A stretch of DNA of 64,000 nt from Methanomassiliicoccaceae archaeon (GTDB lineage: Archaea > Thermoplasmatota > Thermoplasmata > Methanomassiliicoccales > Methanomassiliicoccaceae): the NCBI GenBank assembly GCA_963728405.1, contig CAVSJV010000017.1, positions 64,001 through 128,000 on the forward strand. Reading direction: 5' to 3'. The position numbers were made by a program, and so were the translations under genes. Below the pieces are notes generated by a model. It saw nothing but the letters and a program-made list of their open reading frames with translations. It was not told the DNA's origin and searched no databases. Shown one piece after another: positions 30,829-40,284 of this stretch (the stretch's first letter is position 1; every line of letters begins with the position of its first letter).

Positions 30829-32775
30829 TCATTTCTTGAGTTTGGGTTTGCCGGTGGCGGTGGCGGTGATGTCCACCCAGTTTGTGAACTTCATCTCCTG
30901 CCCGTAGCCGTCGCAGAACCGATGCTCATCGACGTCAAGCTTGACCTTGACGTCGACCGCGCCGGTGACCTTCATCTTTTCCTTCACGTAGTACTCGGCA
31001 TAGGACTTGGCGGCGCTCATGGCCGAATCATAGTAAGTATATTCCATTGGTGACCCCCCCGGTCCGAACACGATGAACTTGCAGTCCTTGGGGTACACCT
31101 GCACGGACACGGTCTCCGATACCTGGCTAAGTACCGCTCCGACCGCGTTGCCCACGTCGAAGTTCTCGGGGACCACGACCTGGCAATCCATTCGAGATTC
31201 CAGGGGCTTGACGAACACATGGGCGGGGGCGCCGATGCCCACGATGGGCACCTTGGGCCTGACCCTGATCCCCAGGTCGTTCAGTGTCCCGGTGCCGATG
31301 GACGCTCGAAGCAGTAGATCGAACCCCTTCGACCCCGGCAGGTCCACGCCCTTGTCGACCACCGCCTTCTTGACTATCTCCTCCCCGATGCGGGTGACCA
31401 TCAGTTCCATGACCATCTCAGCTAGCTTTTCCGGCTCGGCGCCGTATTTGCCGGCAAAGACATTTAGCGCGACGATGGAGGCCTCCTTGTCCCCGGCCTC
31501 GTAGATTCCCTTGACATGCATTATGTCCGTCGGCGTCAGGCCGCTCTGGAGGATGTAACCGCGCTTCTTCAAGGATATTAGCTGGTCCTCCACGAACACC
31601 ACGTCATCGATCCCGTTGATCGCTTCGAACAAAGTGCAGGGCGCCTGTTGCCAGACGAACTCCAGTACGCGCTTCTCTTTAGAAGAGAGCGCTGCGGACG
31701 CCACTCTCAAAGGCATGAAGAAGGTGACCGTGTTGGCGGAGAGCATTTTCTCCCTCAGCACCGGATATACCTGGGCCGAGGTGGCCATGGGCACTACACG
31801 ATCGGGGCCGATGCTCAGGTCCCCCAGATCATCCATCCCCAGGCTGGAATCGCCTCCCAATCCACAGGTCCAGATGTCGATGGCTCGGACCCGTGTCCTC
31901 CATTTGCCGACCATTGCCCCTGCCTTGTTGATACGGGGAAAGCCGTCGGTGAGGTAAGCGATGTCGGTGGACGTGCCACCCAGATCGACGACCACGCAGC
32001 TCTCCAGGTCGGCAAGGGTGCGGCCGCCCATCAAGCTGGCCGCCGGACCTGAAAGCACGGTGTCCACCGGCCGCTCCTTGGCCACGGCCAGGCTCATAAG
32101 TCCGCCATCGCCTTTGAAGACATAGATCGAGGCATCGATGCCCCGGGAGAGGAGGGAGCGCTCCATCGAATCGAGGAAATCATTGATTATGGGGAGCAGC
32201 TTGGCGTTCAGGACCGCCGTCACGGTGCGCTCGTAGATGCCTAGCTCTGCGCTCATGTCATGGCCCATGACCACCGGGATATGATGCATGGACTGCACCA
32301 GGGCCTTGGCGGTCGATTCCTGGATGGGGTTGGCAACGCTGAACATGCCCGAAATGACCACTGCATCTACTTCCTGGCCGATCTCGTCGATCGCTTTCTT
32401 CAGCCCTTCCTCATCCAGCGGTTCGAGGCGTTTGCCCATGGAGTCATAGCCCCCCTTGATGAAGCGGGAGATCTTGCAGTCGAAGGCCCAGTCGGGCTGG
32501 GGTGTCCAGCCTATCCCGATCAGACCCACCTCTCCGCCCCGCCCTTGCAGGATGGAGTTGGTGGCGAGGGTCGTGGACAGTCCTACAAGTTTGATGCTCG
32601 CGGGATCGATGCCGTTCTTGATCACGGCATTATCGATGGCCCCCAGTATCCCGATAGAAAGATCGTGATAGGTGGTGGGGGCCTTGGCCTTCACCAGCAC
32701 CTTCTTGGTGTCAAGGTCGACGATGGCCGCATCAGTAAAGGTTCCTCCAGTATCGACTCCTAGGCCTATGTTCAT
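30829..32775 (-). CDS. Hydantoinase/oxoprolinase A-type (ASKHA) ATPase protein, paralog
   Basis: GVDTGGTFTD, STTLATN, LSGPAAS, DLGGTSTDIA, LTPTD. Confidence 0.9.
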   Translation of the reverse strand: MNIGLGVDTGGTFTDAAIVDLDTKKVLVKAKAPTTYHDLSIGILGAIDNAVIKNGIDPASIKLVGLSTTLATNSILQGRGGEVGLIGIGWTPQPDWAFDCKISRFIKGGYDSMGKRLEPLDEEGLKKAIDEIGQEVDAVVISGMFSVANPIQESTAKALVQSMHHIPVVMGHDMSAELGIYERTVTAVLNAKLLPIINDFLDSMERSLLSRGIDASIYVFKGDGGLMSLAVAKERPVDTVLSGPAASLMGGRTLADLESCVVVDLGGTSTDIAYLTDGFPRINKAGAMVGKWRTRVRAIDIWTCGLGGDSSLGMDDLGDLSIGPDRVVPMATSAQVYPVLREKMLSANTVTFFMPLRVASAALSSKEKRVLEFVWQQAPCTLFEAINGIDDVVFVEDQLISLKKRGYILQSGLTPTDIMHVKGIYEAGDKEASIVALNVFAGKYGAEPEKLAEMVMELMVTRIGEEIVKKAVVDKGVDLPGSKGFDLLLRASIGTGTLNDLGIRVRPKVPIVGIGAPAHVFVKPLESRMDCQVVVPENFDVGNAVGAVLSQVSETVSVQVYPKDCKFIVFGPGGSPMEYTYYDSAMSAAKSYAEYYVKEKMKVTGAVDVKVKLDVDEHRFCDGYGQEMKFTNWVDITATATGKPKLKK

Positions 32776-32948
32776 GGGATAACGTCCTTTCCGCACACCG
32801 CTAACAGCTTGCCAAGCATTATGATGTCCCCGTAATGATGTGTCCTAATTCCGACAAACTCGGTGCTATATATGCTCGTCTGGGCTCGCGTGGGGCCTCA
32901 TTCTCGGAAAGGATTACCTAGGGGGGCCCGTATAACCTGGACAACCGC

Positions 32949-33581
32949 ATGATGGAAGCCGAGTTTTCGATCCGAGGTATGCGCTTTTGGATCGTGGACA
33001 TTGCTACCAGATACTCCTGCTCCGTGACCGTCACGGAGTGCATACCCTGGAGGAAGAAAGGAGGCCAGGCCCTCTTCAGGATCAGGGGCATCGAGGGCAA
33101 CACGGCCTCAGCCATCGAAGAGATCCAACTTCGCGATGACATAACCAGCATCGATGCGGTGGAAAGGAACGACGGTCAAGTGGTCGGCTCGGTGGCTATG
33201 AAAGAGTTCTGGCCAGTGTGGGCCATCGTCGATTGTGGTTGCTTCCTGGAATCCGCATGGTCCGAGGGCGACGGCAAGGTCAACTTCCGGATCCTGTCCG
33301 GCAGTGAAGGTTCCCTTCCCAAGCTCATCAAAATGATATCATCTAAGGGCATGGGCATAGAGATCGAAAGGATAGCTCCGACCAGCGACCAGTCCCACAT
33401 CACCCGAAAACAGGAGAAGTTGGTCCGGCTCGCCCTGGAGAGGGGATTTTTCGATTATCCCCGCCGGATCACCTTGGAGCAGCTGGCCACATTAAGTGAT
33501 ATGTCCATCTCCACGGTCTCCGAGACCCTGAAGCGCGGGGAGAAGAACATACTAAAGCAATATTTCCAAAAGGGGAAATAG
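32949..33581 (+). CDS. HTH_10 (bacterio-opsin activator-like) transcriptional regulator
   Basis: C-terminal TRKQ...ALERGFFDYPRRITLEQLA...STVSETLKRGE. Confidence 0.9.
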   Translation: MMEAEFSIRGMRFWIVDIATRYSCSVTVTECIPWRKKGGQALFRIRGIEGNTASAIEEIQLRDDITSIDAVERNDGQVVGSVAMKEFWPVWAIVDCGCFLESAWSEGDGKVNFRILSGSEGSLPKLIKMISSKGMGIEIERIAPTSDQSHITRKQEKLVRLALERGFFDYPRRITLEQLATLSDMSISTVSETLKRGEKNILKQYFQKGK

Positions 33582-33594
33582 AAAGGGGCCGGGA

Positions 33595-33954
33595 CTACCG
33601 GTGCCTCTTCCGTCCGAGCTGCTCGTTGTAGGCGGTCTCGACCTTCGACTGGTGCTTGATCACGGCCCTCTCCGCATACTCGTTCCCACCGACATGGGAC
33701 ATCTCCTGGATGTAGAACTCGTGGTCACACTTGGCGCACCGGATCTTGGGACAGTTCTTGGTGGCCATGGGGCACCCCCGGCAGGCAATGGTGCGAGCAT
33801 AGGTGAGGGAGAACATGAAACCGCACTGCGGGCAGGTGGTCTTTCTTATAGAGGCCAGGGTGTTCCAGCCGACCCCGCGCTCTTTCATAGCCATGGCGTA
33901 GTTGGGGTCGATGAAATCCTTCTGTTGGGGCTGCTCTTCGTCCTTCTTGCTCAT
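33595..33954 (-). CDS. Small Cys-rich metal-binding protein
   Basis: CPQC..CRGC....NC....CAKC. Confidence 0.75.
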   Translation of the reverse strand: MSKKDEEQPQQKDFIDPNYAMAMKERGVGWNTLASIRKTTCPQCGFMFSLTYARTIACRGCPMATKNCPKIRCAKCDHEFYIQEMSHVGGNEYAERAVIKHQSKVETAYNEQLGRKRHR

Positions 33955-33958
33955 AGGC

Positions 33959-34426
33959 TCACTTCTTGTGGTGGGCGATCCCCTTCTCTACTTCGTAGAA
34001 GTCCTTGATGATCTGGTAGCTGAGGCCGAACTGCTTGAACACCTGATCAATGGCGATCAGGCTCTGCTCTCTGACCTCGGGGTCCCATATCCCATGCACG
34101 ATCACATGGAGGGTTAGCTCGGCATCCTGGAACTTAGCGTCCTGGCCGAAGTCGTGGGTGACGTTGGAACGCTTGCTAAGGTCGATCAGGCTGGCCGACA
34201 TGGCCCCGTTGGGTGCCTTCAGGAACGCTTTCACGTGACCCACCAGGTCCGCACCATGCTCCATGCAGCCCTTGGTCACTTGGACCAGTAGCTCATCCAG
34301 GAGCTTGGCGGCCTGTTCCCTCGAAACGGGCGTGGGAGCATGCACCTGTAGCTGCGTGGCGAACTTTCCCAGCTCGTCGGCCTCCCGGTGCATCGCCAAA
34401 TGGATGTCCTCATCCATCTCGCCCAC
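33959..34426 (-). CDS. Hypothetical protein, CobW C-terminal-like partner
   Basis: LVGHVKAF motif; translationally adjacent to the CobW GTPase. Confidence 0.65.
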   Translation of the reverse strand: MGEMDEDIHLAMHREADELGKFATQLQVHAPTPVSREQAAKLLDELLVQVTKGCMEHGADLVGHVKAFLKAPNGAMSASLIDLSKRSNVTHDFGQDAKFQDAELTLHVIVHGIWDPEVREQSLIAIDQVFKQFGLSYQIIKDFYEVEKGIAHHKK

Positions 34427-34429
34427 GGC

Positions 34430-35098
34430 TCATCCGCTCCCGTACTGTTGCCTGAGCAGTTCGCGCTCCACTGCTTCATCGTATCGGGAGGATGTCCGAT
34501 CGGCGATAATATCGGCGACCTCCTTGACCCCTTGTCCCCTGTGGGTGGATATCCTCATGATCTCGCACTTGGGATTGATCTCCTTGACCAGGTCCTCAGA
34601 CCGCTTGATCCGGCCTTCGTCGGAGGCATCGACCTTGTTGATCAGGCAGATGTCCGCTTCCCGGATCTGGGTAATGACCAGACGACGTACCGTTCCCAGA
34701 AGTGTGTCGATCCTGGTCGAGTCGACCAGCGTAAGCACCGGCGCATGCTCGATGGTGACAGGGACCTCGGCCTCGGAATATTCGGCAGCGCGCTTCAGGC
34801 CCCACGGAATCGCCACTCCGGACGGTTCGACGATGACGATGTCGGGCTTGAAGCTCGTCCATAGCAGGGCGAGGGTGTTGGCGAAGTTGCCAGCTATCTC
34901 GCAGCATATGCAGCCGCCCGACAATTCCTTGGCCTTGAGGCCGTAGGACTCGACGATCTTGAAGTCGACATTGATCTCACCGACATCATTGACCACGATG
35001 GCGACCCGCTTTCCCTTCTGCACGAGCTCCTTGGCGACCTCGATGAGCAGGGTGGTCTTGCCGCTTCCCAAAAAACCTGCGATCTGTGCGATCTTCAT
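34430..35098 (-). CDS. CobW/COG0523 (G3E) metallochaperone GTPase
   Basis: GFLGSGKTT, GGCICC, EPSG, NKVD. Confidence 0.92.
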   Translation of the reverse strand: MKIAQIAGFLGSGKTTLLIEVAKELVQKGKRVAIVVNDVGEINVDFKIVESYGLKAKELSGGCICCEIAGNFANTLALLWTSFKPDIVIVEPSGVAIPWGLKRAAEYSEAEVPVTIEHAPVLTLVDSTRIDTLLGTVRRLVITQIREADICLINKVDASDEGRIKRSEDLVKEINPKCEIMRISTHRGQGVKEVADIIADRTSSRYDEAVERELLRQQYGSG

Positions 35099-35170
35099 AC
35101 CGTCACCGTCGAAGTGTATGACCAACACAGTATTTGAATCGAATGCTGGTAGGGCCAAAACTGAGTTGCG

Positions 35171-35824
35171 TCAGAATACCGCTTTCAGCTTGGCCACGGC
35201 GTCCTGGGCGTTCATGGCGTGCATGTCGGCACCGATCTCCTCGGCGAACTCCTGTGAGGTGGGAGCGCCCCCGATGATTATGCGAACACTTTTCCTGGCC
35301 CCGTCCTCGACCAGCGCATCGACGGTGGCCTTCATGCTGTCCATGGTCGGGGTCATGAGGGTGCTCATGGCCACCACCTGGGCGCGATGCTTCTTGGCCG
35401 CCTTGACGAACACATCATCCGCGACGTCCTTGCCCAGGTCGGTCACATCGAAGCCTGATGCGGTCAGCATCGTCTTGACGATGTTCTTGCCGATGTCGTG
35501 AACATCCCCTTCAACGACGCCGATGATGACCCTAACGCGCTTGGACGCGGCCTCCTGAGGTATGTGTGGTAGAAGGACGTTAAGCGCAGCATACATCGCG
35601 TCCGCCGAGAGGAGAACCTGAGGCAGGAAGAACTTGTGCGCCGAGTATCTCTCCCCTACGATCATCATGCCTTTGATGAGGCCGTGATCGATAGCGTCAA
35701 TGGGGTCGATGCTCTCGGAGATGGCCTGCTCGGCGTGCTTCACTGACTCATCCTTCTTGCCAGTGATCACGGCATGCTCCAAACCCCTCAGGATGCGGTC
35801 CTTCTTGCTAATAATGGATCCCAT
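35171..35824 (-). CDS. Methyltransferase cognate corrinoid protein
   Basis: FLPQVLLSA cap domain, EGDVHDIGKNIV, STLMT, GGAP. Confidence 0.95.
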   Translation of the reverse strand: MGSIISKKDRILRGLEHAVITGKKDESVKHAEQAISESIDPIDAIDHGLIKGMMIVGERYSAHKFFLPQVLLSADAMYAALNVLLPHIPQEAASKRVRVIIGVVEGDVHDIGKNIVKTMLTASGFDVTDLGKDVADDVFVKAAKKHRAQVVAMSTLMTPTMDSMKATVDALVEDGARKSVRIIIGGAPTSQEFAEEIGADMHAMNAQDAVAKLKAVF

Positions 35825-36044
35825 TCCTATGGGTCGGGAAGGGCGGTCCCCGAACCCATTAAGCAGATAATCAGAGGAAATATAATTGTTGGGATTACGG
35901 GCCGCCCCCTATGTTCGTCCCCTCTGAACGTTTTATCTGATGCCGTGCTGGCAAACAGAACAAGAACATAAAAAGGAGGGGGGGGGAAGTTTGTAAGCGA
36001 TTTGTGGCGGGCCGCCGCCTGCCGAAGATGCCTACTGGACCTAT

Positions 36045-36129
36045 CGTACTGCTTGACGGTGTCGACGCACATCTTGATGTTCTCGAGCTTGGTGGCGACG
36101 GACGGCGGGACCTCGCAGCCAGAAGCGAT
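36045..36129. repeat. 85-bp exact copy of 36280-36364 (3' end of the methyltransferase gene)
   Basis: Identical sequence CGTACTGCTTGAC...CAGAAGCGAT at both positions. Confidence 0.92.
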
Positions 36130-36265
36130 TGGTTGCCCTCGAACCCTGCGAGCAGGAAGCTGATTCCTCTTAGACGGTGAGACGATCAGGGTAGGATCGG
36201 TTTTCATTCATCGATAGAAAAATGTGAAAAGAAAGGGGTTTGGGAAGTTTCCGCGAGAACGGGCC

Positions 36266-37378
36266 TTAAGCGAAGGTCCCGTACTGCTTGACGGTGTCGA
36301 CGCACATCTTGATGTTCTCGAGCTTGGTGGCGACGGACGGCGGGACCTCGCAGCCAGAAGCGATGCAGTACCTGCCGCCGAGACCTTTTGCCTTCAGGGC
36401 GGTGACGACCTCGTTGCACAGGTTCATCGTCGTCTTCTGCATCTTCTCGGAGGACCAGCGTATGTATGCCTGGGGGTCGATGTTGCCGGCCATCAGACAG
36501 TTGTCCGCATATCCCTTGGCGATGACTTCCTTGGCCGATGGCGATCCAGGAATAAGCGGGTACCAGGCCATCGAGTAAATCGTCGATTTAAACTTCTTGA
36601 CCTGAGTGTCCAGGTGGGGCAGGTCAGCGCAGTTGTGGACGCAGTTGGCCATGCCTTCCTTCACAACCAGCTCGTTCAGGCAGCCAGCATACTTCTGCTG
36701 GCCCTCGAACTCGTCGTACTCGACATCCCCGAGGCAAGAGTAGCTGCCCCACAGGTAGTCCCACACCAGACCGGCGGGCTTCTTCTGAGCGAACGCCTTC
36801 ACAATGTCCTTGTCGAACTCGGTGATGGTGGCCAGGGCCTTGTGCACGGCGGCACGGGAGGACTCGTTGTCCAGCATGTCCTTGAACACATACTCCGCGC
36901 CTCTGCTCTGAGTAAGAGCGAGCAGTGGGCCTTCTAGGAACGCGGCGGTGACGACCTCCTTGCCGATGGCGTCGACGAATATGCCGGTGCCTTCGATTAG
37001 GACGTGGCTCCTTGATTTCGGATTCTTGATGTCGGGTACCTGCAGCTTCTCGTAGTCCTCGAGCGTCTTGATCACCGGATCGTCGACGAACGGGGTGTTC
37101 TGCTCGTCCATGCGGACATGAGCACCAAGGTCGCCGGCCATGACCGACAGGTCCATCAGGCCGATGGCGAAGTCATGGTCGAAGTAGCGCTGCCCGGCGA
37201 TGAAAGCGTCGGCGAACTTCTTTGGGTCGGTACACCACTCGTGGTACGATATCCCCGCCCCGTTGTTGAGCAGCTTCCTCTGGACGCCGCAAGCAATCGG
37301 GTAGACGGGCAATCTGTCGACCGGGTTGTTGGTGAGGGCAGCCATATCCCTCTCGATGTGGTTCATCTTGTCTGCCAT
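36266..37378 (-). CDS. MtaA/CmuA (URO-D fold) methylcobamide methyltransferase
   Basis: DRLPVYP, DLSVMA, Zn ligands HNC ... SGCEVP, GNIDP. Confidence 0.9.
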   Translation of the reverse strand: MADKMNHIERDMAALTNNPVDRLPVYPIACGVQRKLLNNGAGISYHEWCTDPKKFADAFIAGQRYFDHDFAIGLMDLSVMAGDLGAHVRMDEQNTPFVDDPVIKTLEDYEKLQVPDIKNPKSRSHVLIEGTGIFVDAIGKEVVTAAFLEGPLLALTQSRGAEYVFKDMLDNESSRAAVHKALATITEFDKDIVKAFAQKKPAGLVWDYLWGSYSCLGDVEYDEFEGQQKYAGCLNELVVKEGMANCVHNCADLPHLDTQVKKFKSTIYSMAWYPLIPGSPSAKEVIAKGYADNCLMAGNIDPQAYIRWSSEKMQKTTMNLCNEVVTALKAKGLGGRYCIASGCEVPPSVATKLENIKMCVDTVKQYGTFA

Positions 37379-37390
37379 TTTTCTACCTCC

Positions 37391-38032
37391 TTAGATCGCG
37401 GCCTTAACCTTGGCCACGGCGTCCTGGGCGTTCACGGCGTGCATGTCGGCACCGATCTCCTCGGCGAATTCCTGCGAGGTGGGAGCGCCCCCGATGATGA
37501 TCTTGACCTTCATCCGCAGGCCTTCTTCCACCAGCGCATCGACGGTGGCCTTCATGCTGTCCATGGTCGGGGTCATGAGGGTGCTCATGGCCACCACCTG
37601 GGCATTGTTCGATCGGGAGCTAGAGACGAACGAGTCGGCAGGTACGTCCCTGCCGAGGTCGTGAACGTTGAACCCAGCGGCGGTGAACATGGTCTTGACG
37701 ATGTTCTTGCCGATGTCGTGAACGTCACCCTCTACAACTCCGATGACCATCTCAATCCTCTTCGCTGCAGCTTCCCTGGGGATGTGCGGCAGCAAGATGT
37801 CGAGCGCGCCGTACATAGAATCGGCGGCCAGCAGGACCTGGGGCAGGAAGATCTGGTGGGCAGCGTACTTCTCGCCGACGACCATCATTCCCTTGATCAG
37901 ACCCGAATCAATAGCGTCCAGTGGCTTTACGCCGCTTGAGATGATCTCATTGGCGATCCTGGAAGATTCTGCCTTCTTTCCGTTTATTACAGCTTGCTCT
38001 AATCCAGCTAATAGTTGCTCTTTGTTTGCCAT
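37391..38032 (-). CDS. Methyltransferase cognate corrinoid protein
   Basis: FLPQVLLAA, EGDVHDIGKNIV, STLMT, GGAP. Confidence 0.95.
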   Translation of the reverse strand: MANKEQLLAGLEQAVINGKKAESSRIANEIISSGVKPLDAIDSGLIKGMMVVGEKYAAHQIFLPQVLLAADSMYGALDILLPHIPREAAAKRIEMVIGVVEGDVHDIGKNIVKTMFTAAGFNVHDLGRDVPADSFVSSSRSNNAQVVAMSTLMTPTMDSMKATVDALVEEGLRMKVKIIIGGAPTSQEFAEEIGADMHAVNAQDAVAKVKAAI

Positions 38033-38310
38033 ATACCCACCTAGCGTAGATACTGTTGCCTCAAGGTCCGAAGACCTGGGCCTAACTTCGTTTCCCCTTA
38101 ACAATCGGGAGACTCAAGTTGATTATTAAAAGTTCTTATGGATGGTCCATCCATCCATTAAGGCCGTTAAGGTCACGAAAAACATCTGGCCTAGGTAACC
38201 TGCCTCAGGGAGGATTTTGAATTGGATGTTCTTAAAGTATCCAGACTAGCTCCGGAATGAGATTCTGATTAGAATCATACAATATGATAAAAGAGAAAAC
38301 GAAAGTGGTT

Positions 38311-39057
38311 TCAGAGGCCTTTCATCATGTTCCTCTGCAGCACTTTGGTGGCCCCATATAGGAAGACCAAGGTGAAGAGGACGAGCAGGAGGAGATCGAC
38401 CTCCCATCCCAGGAAGGGGGGCTGTCCCAAACTTGCATTCAACCCGTCGACCAAGTAGGTCAGCGGCGATCCGTAGGTTATGTACAACCCAGGAACGGTC
38501 AGTTCGCTGAGGGGGATGAAGACCCCACTTATGAAGATCAGCGGGAACCTGACCAGGGCGGCGAGCATCATGATGTTGGCCGGCGCTCTCCCACCGAACG
38601 AGGAGAGCAGTACTCCCAGCCCAGCAAAGCACATGTTGCCCACCACGAACAGCACGATCAACAGGAAGATGTTGGTGACCGTTAGTCCTAACAGCACGAT
38701 TCCTAAGACCCCAATAATAGTACTTATGAGCAGACCGAAGAGCGCGCCGGCCAGGGCATCGCCGATGACGATCGTGGCCACGTTTACCGGCATGGAGAGC
38801 AGGCGCTCGAACGTCCCGGATTGCTTCTCCCAGGGCACGATCAGTGGCCCTACCGATGATGAGGTGAAGAACAGGGACATGGCCAGGAAGCCAGGGAAGT
38901 ACTTCGGTATGTCTAGCTGCCTTCCGACGAAGAAGGCGAAGAACAGGAAGGTGGGCAGGATGAGGCCGAAGATGAACACCGGCGCCTTGCGGTAATAGAT
39001 GCGGATGTCCTTGCGGGCGACCGTCAGGATGCCATTCAGCATGATCTGGTAGTTCAT
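38311..39057 (-). CDS. ABC-2 type exporter permease
   Basis: EKQSGTFERLL, PLIFISGVFIP, PLTYLVDG. Confidence 0.9.
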   Translation of the reverse strand: MNYQIMLNGILTVARKDIRIYYRKAPVFIFGLILPTFLFFAFFVGRQLDIPKYFPGFLAMSLFFTSSSVGPLIVPWEKQSGTFERLLSMPVNVATIVIGDALAGALFGLLISTIIGVLGIVLLGLTVTNIFLLIVLFVVGNMCFAGLGVLLSSFGGRAPANIMMLAALVRFPLIFISGVFIPLSELTVPGLYITYGSPLTYLVDGLNASLGQPPFLGWEVDLLLLVLFTLVFLYGATKVLQRNMMKGL

Positions 39058-39986
39058 CGGCACACCCCCTCGCTCGTAAGCTTGACGAACACATCCTCGA
39101 GGCTAGGTCCAAGGGTGGACATGGAGACGACCTTCAGACCTTTTTCCTGACGAAGTCGCATGATCTCCCCCATCGCCGCATCGGGGTCCTCGGTGGAGAA
39201 CCTCCATTTGTCCCCGGCGGATTCTATCTTCGTCACGTGGGGGATCGAGATCCCAGCGAGGTCTATCCTTTTATCAAATGCCACCTCGACGGTCTGCCCT
39301 TTCTCATAAGTCCTCCTCAGGCGCTCGGGCGCCTCGATGCAGACGATCCTTCCCTTGTTGACGATGCAAACCCTCTGGCATAAGCGGCTTGCTTCTTCGA
39401 TATTGTGCGTGGTGAGCATGATGGTGCTGCCTTTAGCGTTGAGCTTCTTGACCAAGTCTATGATCAGCCGCCGGCTTTGGACGTCCAGCCCCTCGGTGGG
39501 CTCGTCCAGGAAAAGGATGTCGGGCTCGTGGATCATGGCACAGGCGATGGACACCCGCTGTTTCATCCCCTTAGAGAACTTGCGCAGGAGGTCGTCCCCT
39601 CTTTCGGTCAGATTCAAAGCCTTCAGGAGCTCTTCCGAGCGGGACTCCCTTGCCGTCTGGCTTAGGCCATAGAACCGGCCCATGAGGTCAAGGTTCTCCC
39701 GGGCCGACAGGTCAGGGTACACATTTCCGACCTCGGGGATGCACCCCAGCTTCATCTTGGCCTCCAGCGGGTATCGCTTGAGGTCCAGACCCTCAATGAG
39801 TATCGTACCTTTGTCCGGCCGAAGAATGCCGTTCAACATCCTTATGGTGGTGGTCTTTCCCGCCCCGTTCGGGCCCAGCAGGCCGTAGAACTCACCCTTG
39901 TTGACGGTGAACGAGATGCCGTCGACAGCGGTGATCTCTCCGAACCTCTTGACCAGACCCTCGACTTCGATGGAATGTTCGGCTAT
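39054..39986 (-). CDS. ABC exporter ATP-binding protein (apparent ATA start)
   Basis: Walker A GPNGAGKTT upstream of the first ATG; FSKGMKQ, LDEPTEGLD. Confidence 0.9.
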   Translation of the reverse strand: MAEHSIEVEGLVKRFGEITAVDGISFTVNKGEFYGLLGPNGAGKTTTIRMLNGILRPDKGTILIEGLDLKRYPLEAKMKLGCIPEVGNVYPDLSARENLDLMGRFYGLSQTARESRSEELLKALNLTERGDDLLRKFSKGMKQRVSIACAMIHEPDILFLDEPTEGLDVQSRRLIIDLVKKLNAKGSTIMLTTHNIEEASRLCQRVCIVNKGRIVCIEAPERLRRTYEKGQTVEVAFDKRIDLAGISIPHVTKIESAGDKWRFSTEDPDAAMGEIMRLRQEKGLKVVSMSTLGPSLEDVFVKLTSEGVCR

Positions 39987-40284
39987 AGGATCCCCTCTAT
40001 CTCTCTCAACTTACCGCCCCTCCATGCAGTTAAAGAAATAAAAACCTGACATTCCAGCGAAACGTTGTTTTACCCATTGTATCGCCACCTAGTGCTCCAT
40101 GATGCTGAGACAGTCGGAAATGAGGCAAAGAAGAAGGTAATGAAAAGGGTGTCCGATCCCCGTACTGATATCGTCGGAGCCTCGGACCGCGATGAAAGGG
40201 AAGAAACGCAGGAGCGCCGGTAGATTGACCGAGTAAGGATACCCCAGCAGGATTCGGTAGGGGCCAGCCCTCAGGCCTCCAGGG

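Noticed and set aside
35827-36207. 126-aa ORF containing methyltransferase-like sequence
   Set aside because: The similarity comes only from the 85-bp duplicate; the rest reads through terminator-like, low-complexity DNA.
35860-36260. Cobalamin riboswitch between the corrinoid genes
   Set aside because: No B12-box or other consensus elements could be identified by eye.
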